DNA of 64,000 nt. Source: Lepidodermella squamata (lineage: Eukaryota; Animalia; Gastrotricha). The notes below the pieces were generated by a model, which saw nothing but the letters and a program-made list of their open reading frames with translations, ran no database searches and had not been told where the DNA came from. Each line of letters begins with the position of its first letter. Position 1 is the first letter of the stretch. The position numbers and the translations under genes are program-made. Below are positions 1 through 11,991 of the stretch, in pieces. The stretch is taken from positions 3,782,001 through 3,846,000 of the forward strand of contig JBLDXI010000001.1 in NCBI GenBank assembly GCA_047495785.1. The letters run 5' to 3'.

Positions 1-112
1 TTTATTTGAAATGATTGATTTAAAATGGCTAAATATCAAAGCCTTTAATATCAATTTAAGACTTCAGAAATTTGAATTTGAATTTTGAAGTTGAAGTTGA
101 AGTTATATATTC

Positions 113-498
113 GGTTCTATGTCAATTGAGCAAACGAAAATTGAGCAACGAAAATAGAGCAAGGGCTTTTGAGCAACGATATTAGAGCAAACGAAATTAG
201 AGCAAAACGACTTCTGAGCAAACGAAATTAGAGCAAAACGACTTTTGAGCAAAACGAGATTAGAGCAAAACGACACGAGAGCAAATTTAATAATTAATTG
301 CAGCTGTTGTTTATTTTAAATAAAATTTGCTCTCGTGTCGTTTTGCTCTAATCTCGTTTTGCTCAAAAGTCGTTTTGCTCTAATTTCGTTTGCTCAGAAG
401 TCGTTTTGCTCTAATTTCGTTTGCTCTAATATCGTTGCTCAAAAGCCCTTGCTCTATTTTCGTTGCTCAATTTTCGTTTGCTCAATTGACATAGAACC
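113..498. mobile_element. Foldback/MITE-type non-autonomous DNA transposon
   Basis: 176-bp perfect inverted arms (113-288 and 323-498) built from ~15-16-bp GAGCAAA(A)CGA units, with a 34-bp AT-rich spacer. Termini are GGTTCTATG...CATAGAACC. An 8-bp direct repeat ATATATTC at 105-112 and 499-506 is the likely TSD. Confidence 0.92.
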
Positions 499-607
499 AT
501 ATATTCGCGACGCTCAATTCCTCAATTCCTAAATTTCTGATGTTGAAAATTTCAAAAATGTTCAAAAAAATAATATTTCAAATTAAATAACATAACAGAA
601 TACTCAC

Positions 608-963
608 GTGATAGCTTTCCAGTGTTTGTTTAGAGCCGGCGAGTTGACCAATTCCACGCGGAAAAACGCCGTTACCGGTATCATGAACGTTACAATGAAC
701 AGCTGGCGCGAAAACGCGGCAAAATACGGCGAGACAACGCCCTTTGACATCAAGTACTTCGCTATGAAAGAATTCGACGAGTAAGCAAAGGCACATAGGA
801 TGCACAACATCGCCCCAACAGCGGATTGGCGCGGCCGGGTCCATTCAGATAACTGGCGTCGGAAAGACGGCTTTTTCGTTGCTTCGATCACAACCGCGCA
901 TTTTTCGTCGCTCAGCGATGCGAATTTCGTCTCGCCATCCGAGCCCTCTTTTTCCGATGACAT
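608..963 (-). CDS. EamA/DMT-superfamily (SLC35G-like) transporter, first exon only
   Basis: ATG at 963 and two hydrophobic helices (GAMLCILCAFAYSSNSFIAK; FAAFSRQLFIVTFM) typical of an EamA repeat. GTGAGT donor at 607; the remaining exons lie outside the window. Confidence 0.6.
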
Positions 964-1178
964 GATTCCGCAAAAATGAACAAAAATATCAAGGTGCCAG
1001 AGCTACTGTGCGGGCCAATCTACTCATTCTCTACTCATTTAAATTAAATGTGTCCGTGTTTCTATTTTCGGAAAATTAAAGGTAGTGCAATTAGAAACAG
1101 AAATAAATTGATTCAGGTAATTTTTTAATAAAACGCAAACAAATAACAGCATTTGAGCCACGATTTGGTGAATAGAAT

Positions 1179-2920
1179 TTATTCCTGTTCTTTCAAAATC
1201 GGCCTCTTGCGTTCTGGAACGTAAGGAACAGCACCAGGTGTACTGTGAGCACGACGATTTCTCTCCCTGAAAAAATTGGGGAAAATGAAAAATCAAGATT
1301 TCACATTTGAAAATGACCCACTTTCTCTGCTGTGAATCGCGGATAATTTTGAGCTCTTTTTCTTGGGAGTAAATGTGCTTCGGAACGTGACGATGTTGAG
1401 CAATTTTGCGAACTTGGGGATGGCTACCAAACCGCTCCTTAAGCCTGTTCGAATAATCGATAGCCGCTTTTTCTCTCGGTTTCATCTAAAAATTAACTAT
1501 GAATTGTTTGGAAATTATAAATAGAAAAAACAAACCAAGCCAAGCTTTTCCGAGGCATTTGCCTTCCAAATGCGAATATTCATTTCATCAGACCCGGTTA
1601 GAATGTACTTTGAATCAGCTGACCAGAGAACAGAAATAACACGTTGCATGCGTTTCGTATGATAGATATCGCGACTACGGCCCTGCGAAACCGGGAAAAT
1701 CCGAACGGTCTTGTCATAACCGGCCGAAGCGAATTCTTGACCTGTCGGCGAGTAGTCGACGTCCATTACCGCTGAAATGTGGCCCATATGCACGTTCAAC
1801 GCCATGTCTAACCGACGCATGTCAAAGCTGTACAGGCTATAAAAGAGAAAATAATAATTAAAATTATGGAAACTTGGTTCTGGCTGAAGATATTCAAAAA
1901 TTCAAAAATTCTCAAAAAATCACGAATAAGTGAATATTTAAAAGTAAATGGTTTCGTTTTTTCAATTGAAGCAGCCTCAATGAGTTGAAATCCTTTGTCT
2001 CAGCTCTTTTTTATCCTTAGCTAAAAATATTGTTCTGGTCAGAAAATCTTTCACGCTTCTACTTCCAGGGCGAGTTGAGACAGATAATCGATAACTTATT
2101 CAATAATTAATTTAATAATTTTTGTCACTCACTTGTAATCATCGCTAGCGACAGTGAAAACGAATGCTTCCATCGGGTTCCAGCAGATGGAATTTGATCG
2201 CAACTTGAGCACAACCTTCCTCAACGGCGTTTGGCCACGGGTGTCATACAACAACACCGACCGATCCGACGCACAACCCGCCAAAATATCAGTCTCAATC
2301 GGATTGAACCTAATTTTCGAAACAGTATCCGAGCCCCATCTATACGATTTCATCGGCTCAGAGCGGGCCGCATCGTAGATATTAACAACCGGGCCACTGG
2401 TTGCAAAAATTGGCTTTTTCCTGTGATGATCGATCGAGGCTAAGGTATCATCGCAAACGATGGATCGGCGTTCGGTTAAACGAACGACACCGACTGATTT
2501 CTCGTCAAAAGCCCATTCGCGAACGATTTTATCATCGCCACATGTGTAGCACAGCTTGCCTTCTGCGTCGAAACAAATTCCTCTCACGTAGCCGTGATGG
2601 GCCTGGAAATTTTGAAGGCATTTCCGAGACGTCAAGTCCCAGGCGCGAATTTCACCGTCATAACTACCGGATAGCATTAGCGATAATCGCTTCGGGTGTT
2701 TAGCCATGGAAAAAACACCGTCGAGATGGCCATCTAACGAGCCGACGAATGGCTTTGCGAAAAGTCGTTCCAACTTAACGGCATTTACAGCCCTCGTGTA
2801 CTCACGGGCTTCTTCGAACGGATGTAAAGCGGGGTCGAAGTTTCGTGGGACTTTGTTAATATCCCGCTTTGTTTCGCGCTTGTAATCGTCCGGATTCCGA
2901 GATAGCACCTTTACTTTCAT
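1179..2920 (-). CDS. DCAF13: DDB1- and CUL4-associated factor 13 / Sof1 (WD40, SSU processome)
   Basis: N-terminus MKVKVLSRNPDDY...RNFDPALHPFE..REYTRAVNAVKLER, WD40 repeats and C-terminal Sof1 domain (RHVPKHIY). Exons 2920-2133, 1836-1536, 1485-1322 and 1266-1179 join in frame with GT-AG introns. Confidence 0.96.
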
Positions 2921-3163
2921 TTTTCAAGCACCTAAGAAATTGGAAAACAACTGAGCGATATAATTTTTTTCAAGGAAATGTGAGCGGCTTGTAAATAAAT
3001 TCCGATCAAAAAAATATATTAGTATGGCAACATTCAACAACAAAAAATGCAAGAAAACAGCAAAATATATTAATTTTTCAGCAAGCTCAAAAACTGGAAG
3101 TCATCGGTTTCGGAAGCAATATAGTTAATATCAAGAGAAGTCAATATCGTTTAGAAAAAATAA

Positions 3164-5253
3164 TTAATTTTTCCATCCAGCCCATTCCTTAGCACGCAGG
3201 TCAGCTCGTTTAATCTTGTTGGAAATAGTCTTCGGCAATTCGTCAACAAATTCAATTTTCCTCGGATATTTGTACGGAGCAGTCAGCTTTTTGACCAAAT
3301 CTTGAATCTCCTTCGCAAGCTTCGCCTTGTCCGCATCCTTGTAAGCAGCCTTCAGCACAATGAAGGCTTTAACAACTTCTCCTCGTTCTTTGTCTGGGCT
3401 TGAGACTGCGGCCGATTCGACGACGGCCGGGTGTTCAAGAATCGCAGATTCGACCTCGAAAGGACCGATTCGATACCCGCTGGATAGCATCACGTCGTCG
3501 GCTCGAGAAGAGAAAAACATATAGCCTTCTTCGTCTTTATAGCCTCGATCACCGGTCAGGTAGAAATCACCACGGAACACTTTCTCATTCGATTTCGGAG
3601 CACCCTGAGATGAAAAGTGAATTAAAATCGTGATCCATTCGAAATATGAACAAACAGCTAGCGAAGCTAACGCTAGTCACTAAAAAATTGTGAGTCGGCA
3701 ATTGAAAATGAGAAATGAGAAGTAGTCTTCGAAAATTCTGGTCAATATTTCATCATTATTTTAAAAAATTCGACCAAATTTGTAGCCCAAAATTTGCATA
3801 ACTTATTTACTAATTGCCGAGGCTTGAAGCCATATACCGACATGTGTCGAACTTACAATATACTGTTTGAAGATGAATCGCCTCGTTGCTCCCAATTTAA
3901 TAGCCACATTGCCTTCCTCGCCCACCGGTAGTTCATTCAAGTCATCATCAATAATCTGAAAAAATAGTTTTAAAATATCAGTACAATTGTGATTTAATAA
4001 CCTACTCGAATATCAAAACCAATTGGTTTGCCGAAAGAACCAGGCTTCACCTTTTCGCCCTTCATATTTCCGATTAGCCCAGGCTAAAGAGGAAAAATTT
4101 CAAATTCATGTTATTGAATTAAATTCCAGCTTACAGTTTCAGTTTGGCCGTAAATCTCACGCAGTTCAACGCCAATTTTCGCTTTCCATTCCAAATACGT
4201 CTCTGAATTCAATGGTTCACCTCCGCAGTTACATTGCTTCAAATGAGGTAATTCGCTTGGCTTCGGCAGTTTTTCTTGCAGCATAAATCGAAACACCGTT
4301 GGGGCAGACATAAACGTATTAATCGGGTATTTCTTCAAAATCTCAAAAATATAACTCCAAACAGGCGCAGCGGGCGGGGTGTAGTGAACAAAAACCGTTC
4401 CCAAGTTGTACCAAGCCGGAAACAGCGAACCATAAAGCGTCGCAACCCAACCCGGGTCAGCGTAAATAAACCCGACATCGCCCGGTTCCGTACACGAAAA
4501 CGTTGAAGTCGAAAATTTGTGTCCCAGCGCGAAACCGTGCGGTAAATCGACCATTTTCGGCATACCAGTCGTGCCAGACGTGAAATAAATCATCATAGTA
4601 TCATCCGTTTTGTTATCCACGCAAATATGGTTTGATTTCGCTCTCTTCTGAATATCAGGCCATTTGATCCAATCTTTTGGAATCGGATCTTTCGACGTGA
4701 ATTGAGGACAGACTACCTTCGCGCATCGAAATTGCGTATGTTCGAAAGATCGATCGATTTTGCCAATAACTTCAGGAATTGTCACGACAACTTTAGGCTT
4801 AGCCGATTCCATTCGAAAAGCTATATCCTTTTCGGAAAGTTGGATTGTCGCCGGAATGGGAATTATTCCAGAACGCAGGCAGCCAAGAATAAGGAGCCAC
4901 CATTCAGAAACGCGAGGTAGCAGCAATAAAATACGATCGCCCCTTTCGAGACCCAAATTCGCTAGAGCATTTGCGGCGATTTTCGATTCAGCGACCAAAT
5001 CGGTGTAGCTGAATTTCATATCGGTGCCAGCGTTGTCGTTCCACCAAAATGCGAGTTTCTTCGAATTAGTAGCCTGCTCTTCAGCCGCAATGACTTCCAT
5101 ATAATCTCGAACGAAATTATAGTTATCAGGGATGACAATTTCATCTCGTCTTGAAGCAGCTTTTTGAGATAGAGCAGCAATTCTAAACGACTTCGCAGCG
5201 ATTTTGGGCGATAATAACCGCCTATTAAATAAATTAATTAATCGCGAAGCCAT
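3164..5253 (-). CDS. Medium-chain acyl-CoA synthetase (ACSM-like), paralog A
   Basis: AMP-binding signature [38 protein letters not shown] and YKYPRKIEF, with a basic mitochondrial-type leader. Exons ~5253-4135, 4083-4006, 3955-3857, 3605-3164. Confidence 0.92.
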
Positions 5254-5526
5254 CCTAAAATGAAGAAAATCCAATAATAATATATATTGTTATTTCCGAA
5301 TGCAGCGAGTAATTGAGCGAAAAAAATATTTCAATATACCAAGATAAAAATTCGTCAAAACTATGCAAGAAATCAGCATTGTTTTCAAGATAAAATATGC
5401 TTGTGAATGAATTCAACCCATTTGAAAGGACTCAAGTTCCATGGAAAAAAATAGCACATGAATCAATCGAGATATATAAAAGCCATCCATTAATGAATTG
5501 AATCGTGGTCATTTTTTATGGTGAGC

Positions 5527-7475
5527 TCAATGGTGACCGGCCCATTCTTTGGCCCGCAGGTCAGCCCGTTTAATTTTCCCAGAAATCGTTTTCGGCAACT
5601 CGTTGACGAATTCGATTTTCCTCGGATACTTATATGGTGCCGTAGTTTTCTTGACCAGCTCTTGAATTTCTTTCGCCAGCTTCTCCTTGTCATGGTCCTT
5701 ATACTCGGCCTTCAGAACAACGAATGATTTCACAATTTCGCCCCGCTCCCTGTCTGGGCTGGAAACTGCGGCTGATTCCAGAACGGCAGGGTGTTCTAAA
5801 ACAGCGGATTCGACCTCGAATGGGCCAATGCGATACCCGGATGAAATCATGACGTCATCAGAACGGGCTGAGAAGAAGAAATAGCCTTCTTCGTCCTTAT
5901 GGCCGCGATCGCCCGTCAAATAGTATCCGCCTTTGAATACTTTCCTATTCGACTCAGGAGCGCCCTAAAAATCATTTTGAGGTGATGTGAGAGCTTTTAG
6001 GGTAAATCTTACAATATACTGCTTGAAAATAAGCGATCTCATTTCACCCAGTTTCATTGCAACATGTCCCTCTTCACCAACAGGAACTTCCTTCAAATGA
6101 TCATCGACGATCTGAAACATATAAAAATGATATCAATTTGTCGCAAGGAAAGTCAAACTAACCCGAATATCCCAGCCCAGCGGTTTACCAAAGGAACCAG
6201 GCTTGATTTTCGCGCCAGCCATATTTCCGATAATGCCAGGCTATAAGACAGTAATGTTTAATACAGGTTCCAATTTGAAAAAAAATAGTCTCTTACCGTC
6301 TCAGTTTGTCCATAAATTTCACGAATCTCGTAACCCATTTTTGCTTTCCACTCGTGGTAAGTTTCAGCATTCAGCGGTTCACCGCCGGTTAGGCACTGCT
6401 TCAAATATGGAATTTCATTGCGCTTCGGCAATTTTTCTTGCAGCAAGAAACGGTAAACAGTCGGCGGAGTGACAAAAGTGTGGATCGGGTACTTTTTCAA
6501 AACATCAAAAATTTGACTCCAGACCGGAACAGAAGGCGGAACGTAGTTGACAAAAACAGTGCTGCGGTTGTACCATGGCGGGAAAAGCGAGCCATACAAA
6601 GTCGCAACCCAGCCCGGGTCAGCGTAGATGTAAATCGGGTCGCTTTCTTTTATCGCAAGAAACGGCGACGTAGCCATGCGATGCCCAAGCGCGAATCCAT
6701 GCGTTAAATCGACCATTTTCGGCATGCCGGTAGTGCCGGATGTGAAATATATCATCATAGTATCATCCGTATTGTTGTGGATGCACTTGTGTTGCGATTT
6801 TGGGTTCTTGACCAGGTCGGCCCATTTTTCCCAGCCCTTGGGAATCGGAGCTTTCGTTGTCGCTTGTGGGCAAATTAGCTTTGTGCAGCGGAAATTTGTC
6901 CCTGAGAAAGCTTTATCAACCTTCGGAGCTATTTCTGGAATGGTAACAACCATTTTCGGTTGTGCAGAATCCAACCTAATTAAACGCCCGCAATCATTAT
7001 TTTGCTACACTTTTAGCTTTGAAATGACAATTTACCTGAACGTAATATCTTTATCCGAAAGTTGTATCGTAGCCGGAATCGGTACAATACCAGCCCGTAT
7101 ACATCCAAGAATGAGTAGCCACCATTCAGGAACTCTGGGTAAGAGCAGAAAAATGCGATCACCTCGCTCCAATCCGTGATCCAATAGCGCATTCGCTACA
7201 ATTTTCGACTGTTCAACAAGCTCGGCGTAGCTGAACTTCAACTCATTGCCCGCCGTATCAGTCCACCAATAGGCTAGTTTTTTCGAACCAGTTGCGAGTT
7301 CTTCAGCAGCAAGAATTTCCATGTGATCTCGCATGAAATTGTAATGACGCGGAATGTCAAGATGATGGTGGTGATGATGGCCATGATGGGATAAAGCCGC
7401 AACCTGGAAGTTCGTGATTTTACTGCGCTGAAGCACAGCTGACAGAAATTTCTTATTCAACAACCGTAAGGCCAT
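5527..7475 (-). CDS. Medium-chain acyl-CoA synthetase (ACSM-like), paralog B
   Basis: Same motifs as paralog A, plus a His-rich segment after the leader. Exons ~7475-7036, 6976-6297, 6241-6163, 6111-6013, 5964-5527. Confidence 0.92.
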
Positions 7476-7654
7476 CTTCAATCGATATAGATTATAAGAA
7501 AAATAACCCTAATCCCAAAGAAAAAAAATCGAATTAATCATCAATTTGAGTTGAAAATTTAATCTGTGCATTGCTGACTTGTATTAATTTAAAATTTAAT
7601 CATCGTAGAAAGACTGGATTAAAAAGCTTAGAAAATCGGATAAAACTAGTGTAC

Positions 7655-8698
7655 TCAGTCATCTCTAGCTCGACAATACGGAATATTCGATGTATGCGCA
7701 GCTTCCATAGCGACCGTGATTCCAAAACCGCCAGCTAACGCGAACAAGTTCGTAACTCGCCGGCAGCCCTCGGCATGAGACGACATTTCAAATGGAAGAA
7801 CATCCAGGAATACAACGTACAAAAAAGCACCACTCGCCAAGCCCTGGCCGAGACCAATCACCAAATTAATCGATTCGCGGCTGAAACTTCCGGTTTCATC
7901 GCCGATAATGCCAATGCCAATTCCAAGAGAGGAAACAATGCTGAAGATGAAATTTATCAACATGACGAATTTAACAGTTCCCCACGTTGTTCTGAAGCAA
8001 CTTATGTTTATTCCCATCGCAATTAGCGGCTTGTGAATGCATAGAGCTATAGCGAATGTCCAAACTGTACCATCGTGAGGTTCAAGACCGCACGTTAGGC
8101 CTTCGAAAAATGCGTGCATTGATAGAGCAACAATCATGATAAAAGCTCTGAAGGGTTTTTCAGTTGAGCCTCCGCTAAGTGAGAAACTAGCTCGCGCGAT
8201 CGGGAACTCTCTGTTGTCATCTGGTTCATGGCTGTGATCGAAGAAAACTTCGTTCTGTGACACGTCGCTCTGAGGAATCGACGCGCCCTCGCCAATAGAT
8301 CCGTATCCCGAAGCTGAGTGGTTGACAGCGAGCTTGTGCTCGGGTTCGAACAGCTTGTGAAAGCTGAAAAACAACGTTTCGATGGTGAGAACAATGAATA
8401 AGCCGACAGCTGTGACGAATTGAGCGAATGGGAAATTCGTGTTGATTTGATAGCCGCTGAACGCTTGCATCAACGATATTTGCACTTCAGGAAAAAGTTC
8501 AAGTAGACAAGTGCCGAGAAATACTCCGGCTGACAAGCAGCTTATGATGCTCAAAGTGAGTCTTATTTTTGAGTATTGTTCATAGCTGGTAACTTTGGTT
8601 AGTTTCCAAGCCAGATAAATGGGAATGCAACCAACTCCAAAGCTAGCTATTGGAGACAAAATGGCCGTTATGATCTTCTGGTACAGTACATCCAACAT
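7655..8698 (-). CDS. ZIP (SLC39A1/2/3-like) zinc transporter, intronless
   Basis: SAGVFLGTCLLELFPE, TM4 ALSMHAFFEGL, TM5 ALCIHKP and GLASGAFLYVVFLDVLP are ZIP subfamily II signatures. Confidence 0.93.
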   Translation of the reverse strand: MLDVLYQKIITAILSPIASFGVGCIPIYLAWKLTKVTSYEQYSKIRLTLSIISCLSAGVFLGTCLLELFPEVQISLMQAFSGYQINTNFPFAQFVTAVGLFIVLTIETLFFSFHKLFEPEHKLAVNHSASGYGSIGEGASIPQSDVSQNEVFFDHSHEPDDNREFPIARASFSLSGGSTEKPFRAFIMIVALSMHAFFEGLTCGLEPHDGTVWTFAIALCIHKPLIAMGINISCFRTTWGTVKFVMLINFIFSIVSSLGIGIGIIGDETGSFSRESINLVIGLGQGLASGAFLYVVFLDVLPFEMSSHAEGCRRVTNLFALAGGFGITVAMEAAHTSNIPYCRARDD

Positions 8699-9391
8699 TT
8701 TCCAGAATACACCTATTCATCAAAGCACAATTTAGTTATGAAAGACGTGAAAAGATAACTAGCAACACAAGTTAAAGGTATCATTACTAACTAATGGGAA
8801 GGGTCAGTATTCTTCTTTAAACGAGGCCTGTCAACGGTTAAAAGGTTTGCGAACCAAGCTTAATATTAAATAAGCAAGTCATTGGCAAATCATTTCCAAA
8901 GGGAACTCTATAATAAACAGCTAAAAAATCTAGTCAGGCCGGTTCGACTACTGAGTCGACTACTGAACCTTGGAAGCAGGAATATGCAGCCATCCAACTT
9001 ATCAATGAAGAATAATTTCTAGCATAATCTTGTGAGACATTGTTAGGTACGAGTTTCGAGTTTAAGACCCATAGTTCAAAGTACAAAAGTCACACAGCTG
9101 ACACACCGCTGTCTCGTAGTTGGCGGTGAGGGAGGGGGAGATAAGCCGCGTGCTGGATCCAACCGGAGGATAACAACAACAAAGTCGCGCCAAAACTCAT
9201 ATTATTTTGATACTATATTTTGTAAAAGATGAAAAAATGTGAAATGTTGTTTGAATATATTTAATTGTTAAATAAAATTTACTTATTTACGACGAGTCCT
9301 TATCAACGACTGCTCCATTGAACATCAAGAGTGTTGGATGTCATAATACTCCTGTTAAACTGTTCTACAGTTTTCAAGCCTTGGTCTTAAG

Positions 9392-10843
9392 ATGTCGGAT
9401 GAACCAGGAAGTAAGAGCAATACCCAGTTGGAGCCACAAAAGTCGGCTTTGACTATGGAAAAGAGTAGAGCATCCTTAATGATGGAAGAGTTTAGGCCGA
9501 AAGCCCTCGAGGATCCAGCTGAGGATGGCCGTAATCAACGTCGTATTATCGCAGAAGATCCGGAATGGACTCTTGCAACTGTCCCGATGTTGTTTGATCT
9601 GACGACGCAATATATATCGAACAACTTTGAGTATGCTTGTTACGTTATTAACCGTATTCCGCCAACTCAACGACAATGGGTTTTGGATCATCTGCCAACA
9701 ACTCTGCCACTGCAGTTGAGCTCACGCTTGATTGACGACGAAGGCTTTTGGCGACGATCTTGTCAAGCTAAGTGGCAGGTTTGTGACGTTTCCTTGTTCG
9801 GAAATTCGTGGCGGCGGATGTACTTCGAGAGAGTGTTGGCCGAAGCTATCGAGCAATTCACTCCTCGCCATTCAGATCTAACGCCGCTGTATGAATTAGC
9901 CGCTCTGGCTGCGCCATTCGTTGAGAAGTTGGATGTGAGGCAGCTTTTGCCGCCTCTATCGCTGCCATCAAACAAAGGAAGCAACGTCACCGAAGATTTA
10001 ATTTCTGATGCAGTTTCGGAGGCTGAAGATGAACCTGATGTTGACCACTTTGATTTTCGGGGATTAGTGCCTCAGTTGGAAAAGCTTACATCTCTTCGGC
10101 TTACCTATTCCGTTCGAGATTGTGGTGTTAATTTCGAGTGGTCCTTGTTTCAATTCACTCAGAAAGATACACTCGCATTGGCGAAATGTGTAGCTGCGGC
10201 TCCTAAGCTGAATTCACTATCGATATACCGCAGTCGTATTGACGATGACAAATGTCGCCTTCTCATAAGTCACATTCTCGAGCATCCTAGCCTCAATTAC
10301 TTGGCTCTCCCGCACAATGTAATCGCCGATCGTGGTGGCAGAGGCATTGGGAAACTACTCACGTCGAGTTGTGGAATTGTAGAACTTGACTTGTGTGACA
10401 ATAGAATCGGCCATATCGGCGCCCAAGCTATTGCACATGCGTTGACAAAAAACACCACCCTAGAAACTCTGAATTTACGGCTGAATAGACTCGGCGACGA
10501 AGGCGGCCAGGCTATTTGCAAGGCGCTGACTGTTAATAGCAAACTGAAAGTGCTGAATATGGCTGCTAATCAGTTGAGCGAGCCGACAGCCGCAGTTTTG
10601 GCACAAGCCCTCGCGGTAAATCGGACACTTCAGAACTTGGACCTATCGGGAAACAGACTTGGATCTGATGGCGGCAAACAGCTTCGTGAAGGCCTCGAGC
10701 AAAATCAAACCATGATCGACTTGGACTTGCGACTCACAGAGGTCGGCCAGGAAGCTGCTTACTGCATTCAACAGCTGCTGGCACGCAACCGCAGCTTGAT
10801 GGTTCAGAAAGGCCTGACATTACCCCGGGCACACGCATGTTGA
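9392..10843 (+). CDS. TCTE1: Dynein regulatory complex subunit 5 (T-complex-associated testis-expressed 1), LRR protein
   Basis: Diagnostic RRIIAEDPEW.LA.VP, SWRRMYFER and DCGVNFEWSLFQFT, followed by RI-like LRRs; single exon. Confidence 0.92.
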   Translation: MSDEPGSKSNTQLEPQKSALTMEKSRASLMMEEFRPKALEDPAEDGRNQRRIIAEDPEWTLATVPMLFDLTTQYISNNFEYACYVINRIPPTQRQWVLDHLPTTLPLQLSSRLIDDEGFWRRSCQAKWQVCDVSLFGNSWRRMYFERVLAEAIEQFTPRHSDLTPLYELAALAAPFVEKLDVRQLLPPLSLPSNKGSNVTEDLISDAVSEAEDEPDVDHFDFRGLVPQLEKLTSLRLTYSVRDCGVNFEWSLFQFTQKDTLALAKCVAAAPKLNSLSIYRSRIDDDKCRLLISHILEHPSLNYLALPHNVIADRGGRGIGKLLTSSCGIVELDLCDNRIGHIGAQAIAHALTKNTTLETLNLRLNRLGDEGGQAICKALTVNSKLKVLNMAANQLSEPTAAVLAQALAVNRTLQNLDLSGNRLGSDGGKQLREGLEQNQTMIDLDLRLTEVGQEAAYCIQQLLARNRSLMVQKGLTLPRAHAC

Positions 10844-10991
10844 ACTTTCTCTCAAGCAGTCTCAAAACACTTTATTTGAGCTAAAAAAATATTTTATTTT
10901 GTGATGTTACAAAAAAATAAAATATGAATATTTTATAACGCTTTTTCTCATATTTCTTAGTCAGCTCTTAAATGAATGAAGTTGCATCGCT

Positions 10992-11958
10992 ATGAATGCC
11001 CGCAAAGATGATTCGATAAGAAGCAGTTACCACGAAATTAACAACAGAAAATGTCATTATCTAGTTGGACTCGGCGACGCAATTTCAGGAAAGCCATTGC
11101 TGCTGGTATTTTTCATTCACGGAGTTGGTAGCAACTCAAATTTATGGCTATCCCAAATAAAAAACCTCATTTCGTCCGAATTGACTTCCAATATTCGATG
11201 CATAGCTCCTGATTTATTTGGCCATGGTCACAGTTCAGCATCAGATGTCGGCGAAGATTATTCTTTTACTAAATTATGCGATGATGTAATTGGCTTATTC
11301 GATCACGAAATTCAGTCATGTAAAACTGCTATAATAGTCGGCCATTCATACGGGTACGTGGGAATGTCAATGAAGTTTGAAGTAATTTCGATCATTTATT
11401 TGCTTGATAGGTGCTCTTTATCGTCCTTCATAGCCGATAAGCGATACTCTAAGGTGTCTGGATTGTGCTTGATCTCTCCTCCAGCTCCCTTACCGCTGAA
11501 ACCACGCGATCCTATTCTCAACTATTCCAAATGCTGCTTTTCATGTGTATTTCCCTGCATAACATTGGCCTTTCGGAGGTGAGAATTACAAATTCGGAAA
11601 ATTTTTGAGCAATTATCACATCAATTACAGGCATGCATACACTACACCAAGGTGTTGCCCTTTCGCCGGTGAAGCCACGGCTTTTGACGTTTCGCCCTAT
11701 TCCTTTCAGCAAACAATGCTAGGGCAACAATGGCCAGAAGGAAATCAGAAATTTTACGCCGATTTAGGCCCGAAAGTTGAAGCAATGGTGATCCACGGTG
11801 AACAGGATCGATTAGTCCCTATTCGAGACGCCGCTGCGATGGGACAAACTTTAAACGCTCAATTTTACGTAATTCCTAACGCTGGTCATATGGTGCCGCT
11901 GGAGGCAGTTGACCTAGTTTCAGGAAAATTGTTGGAATTTATAAAAACGGTGACATGA
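10992..11958 (+). CDS. Alpha/beta hydrolase, ABHD8-like
   Basis: HGVGS oxyanion motif, PDLFGHG, nucleophile GHSYG|CS, acid HGEQD and catalytic GHMVPLE. Exons ~10992-11353, 11411-11578, 11630-11958. Confidence 0.8.
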
Positions 11959-11991
11959 AGTTGTGATTTATTAGTAAAATTGCGATTATTT

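Noticed and set aside
113-498. Short regularly spaced repeats resembling a CRISPR array; ORF 335..532
   Set aside because: The units have no unique spacers and form the arms of an inverted repeat with a TSD in a eukaryotic genome. The ORF is a by-product of the repeat.
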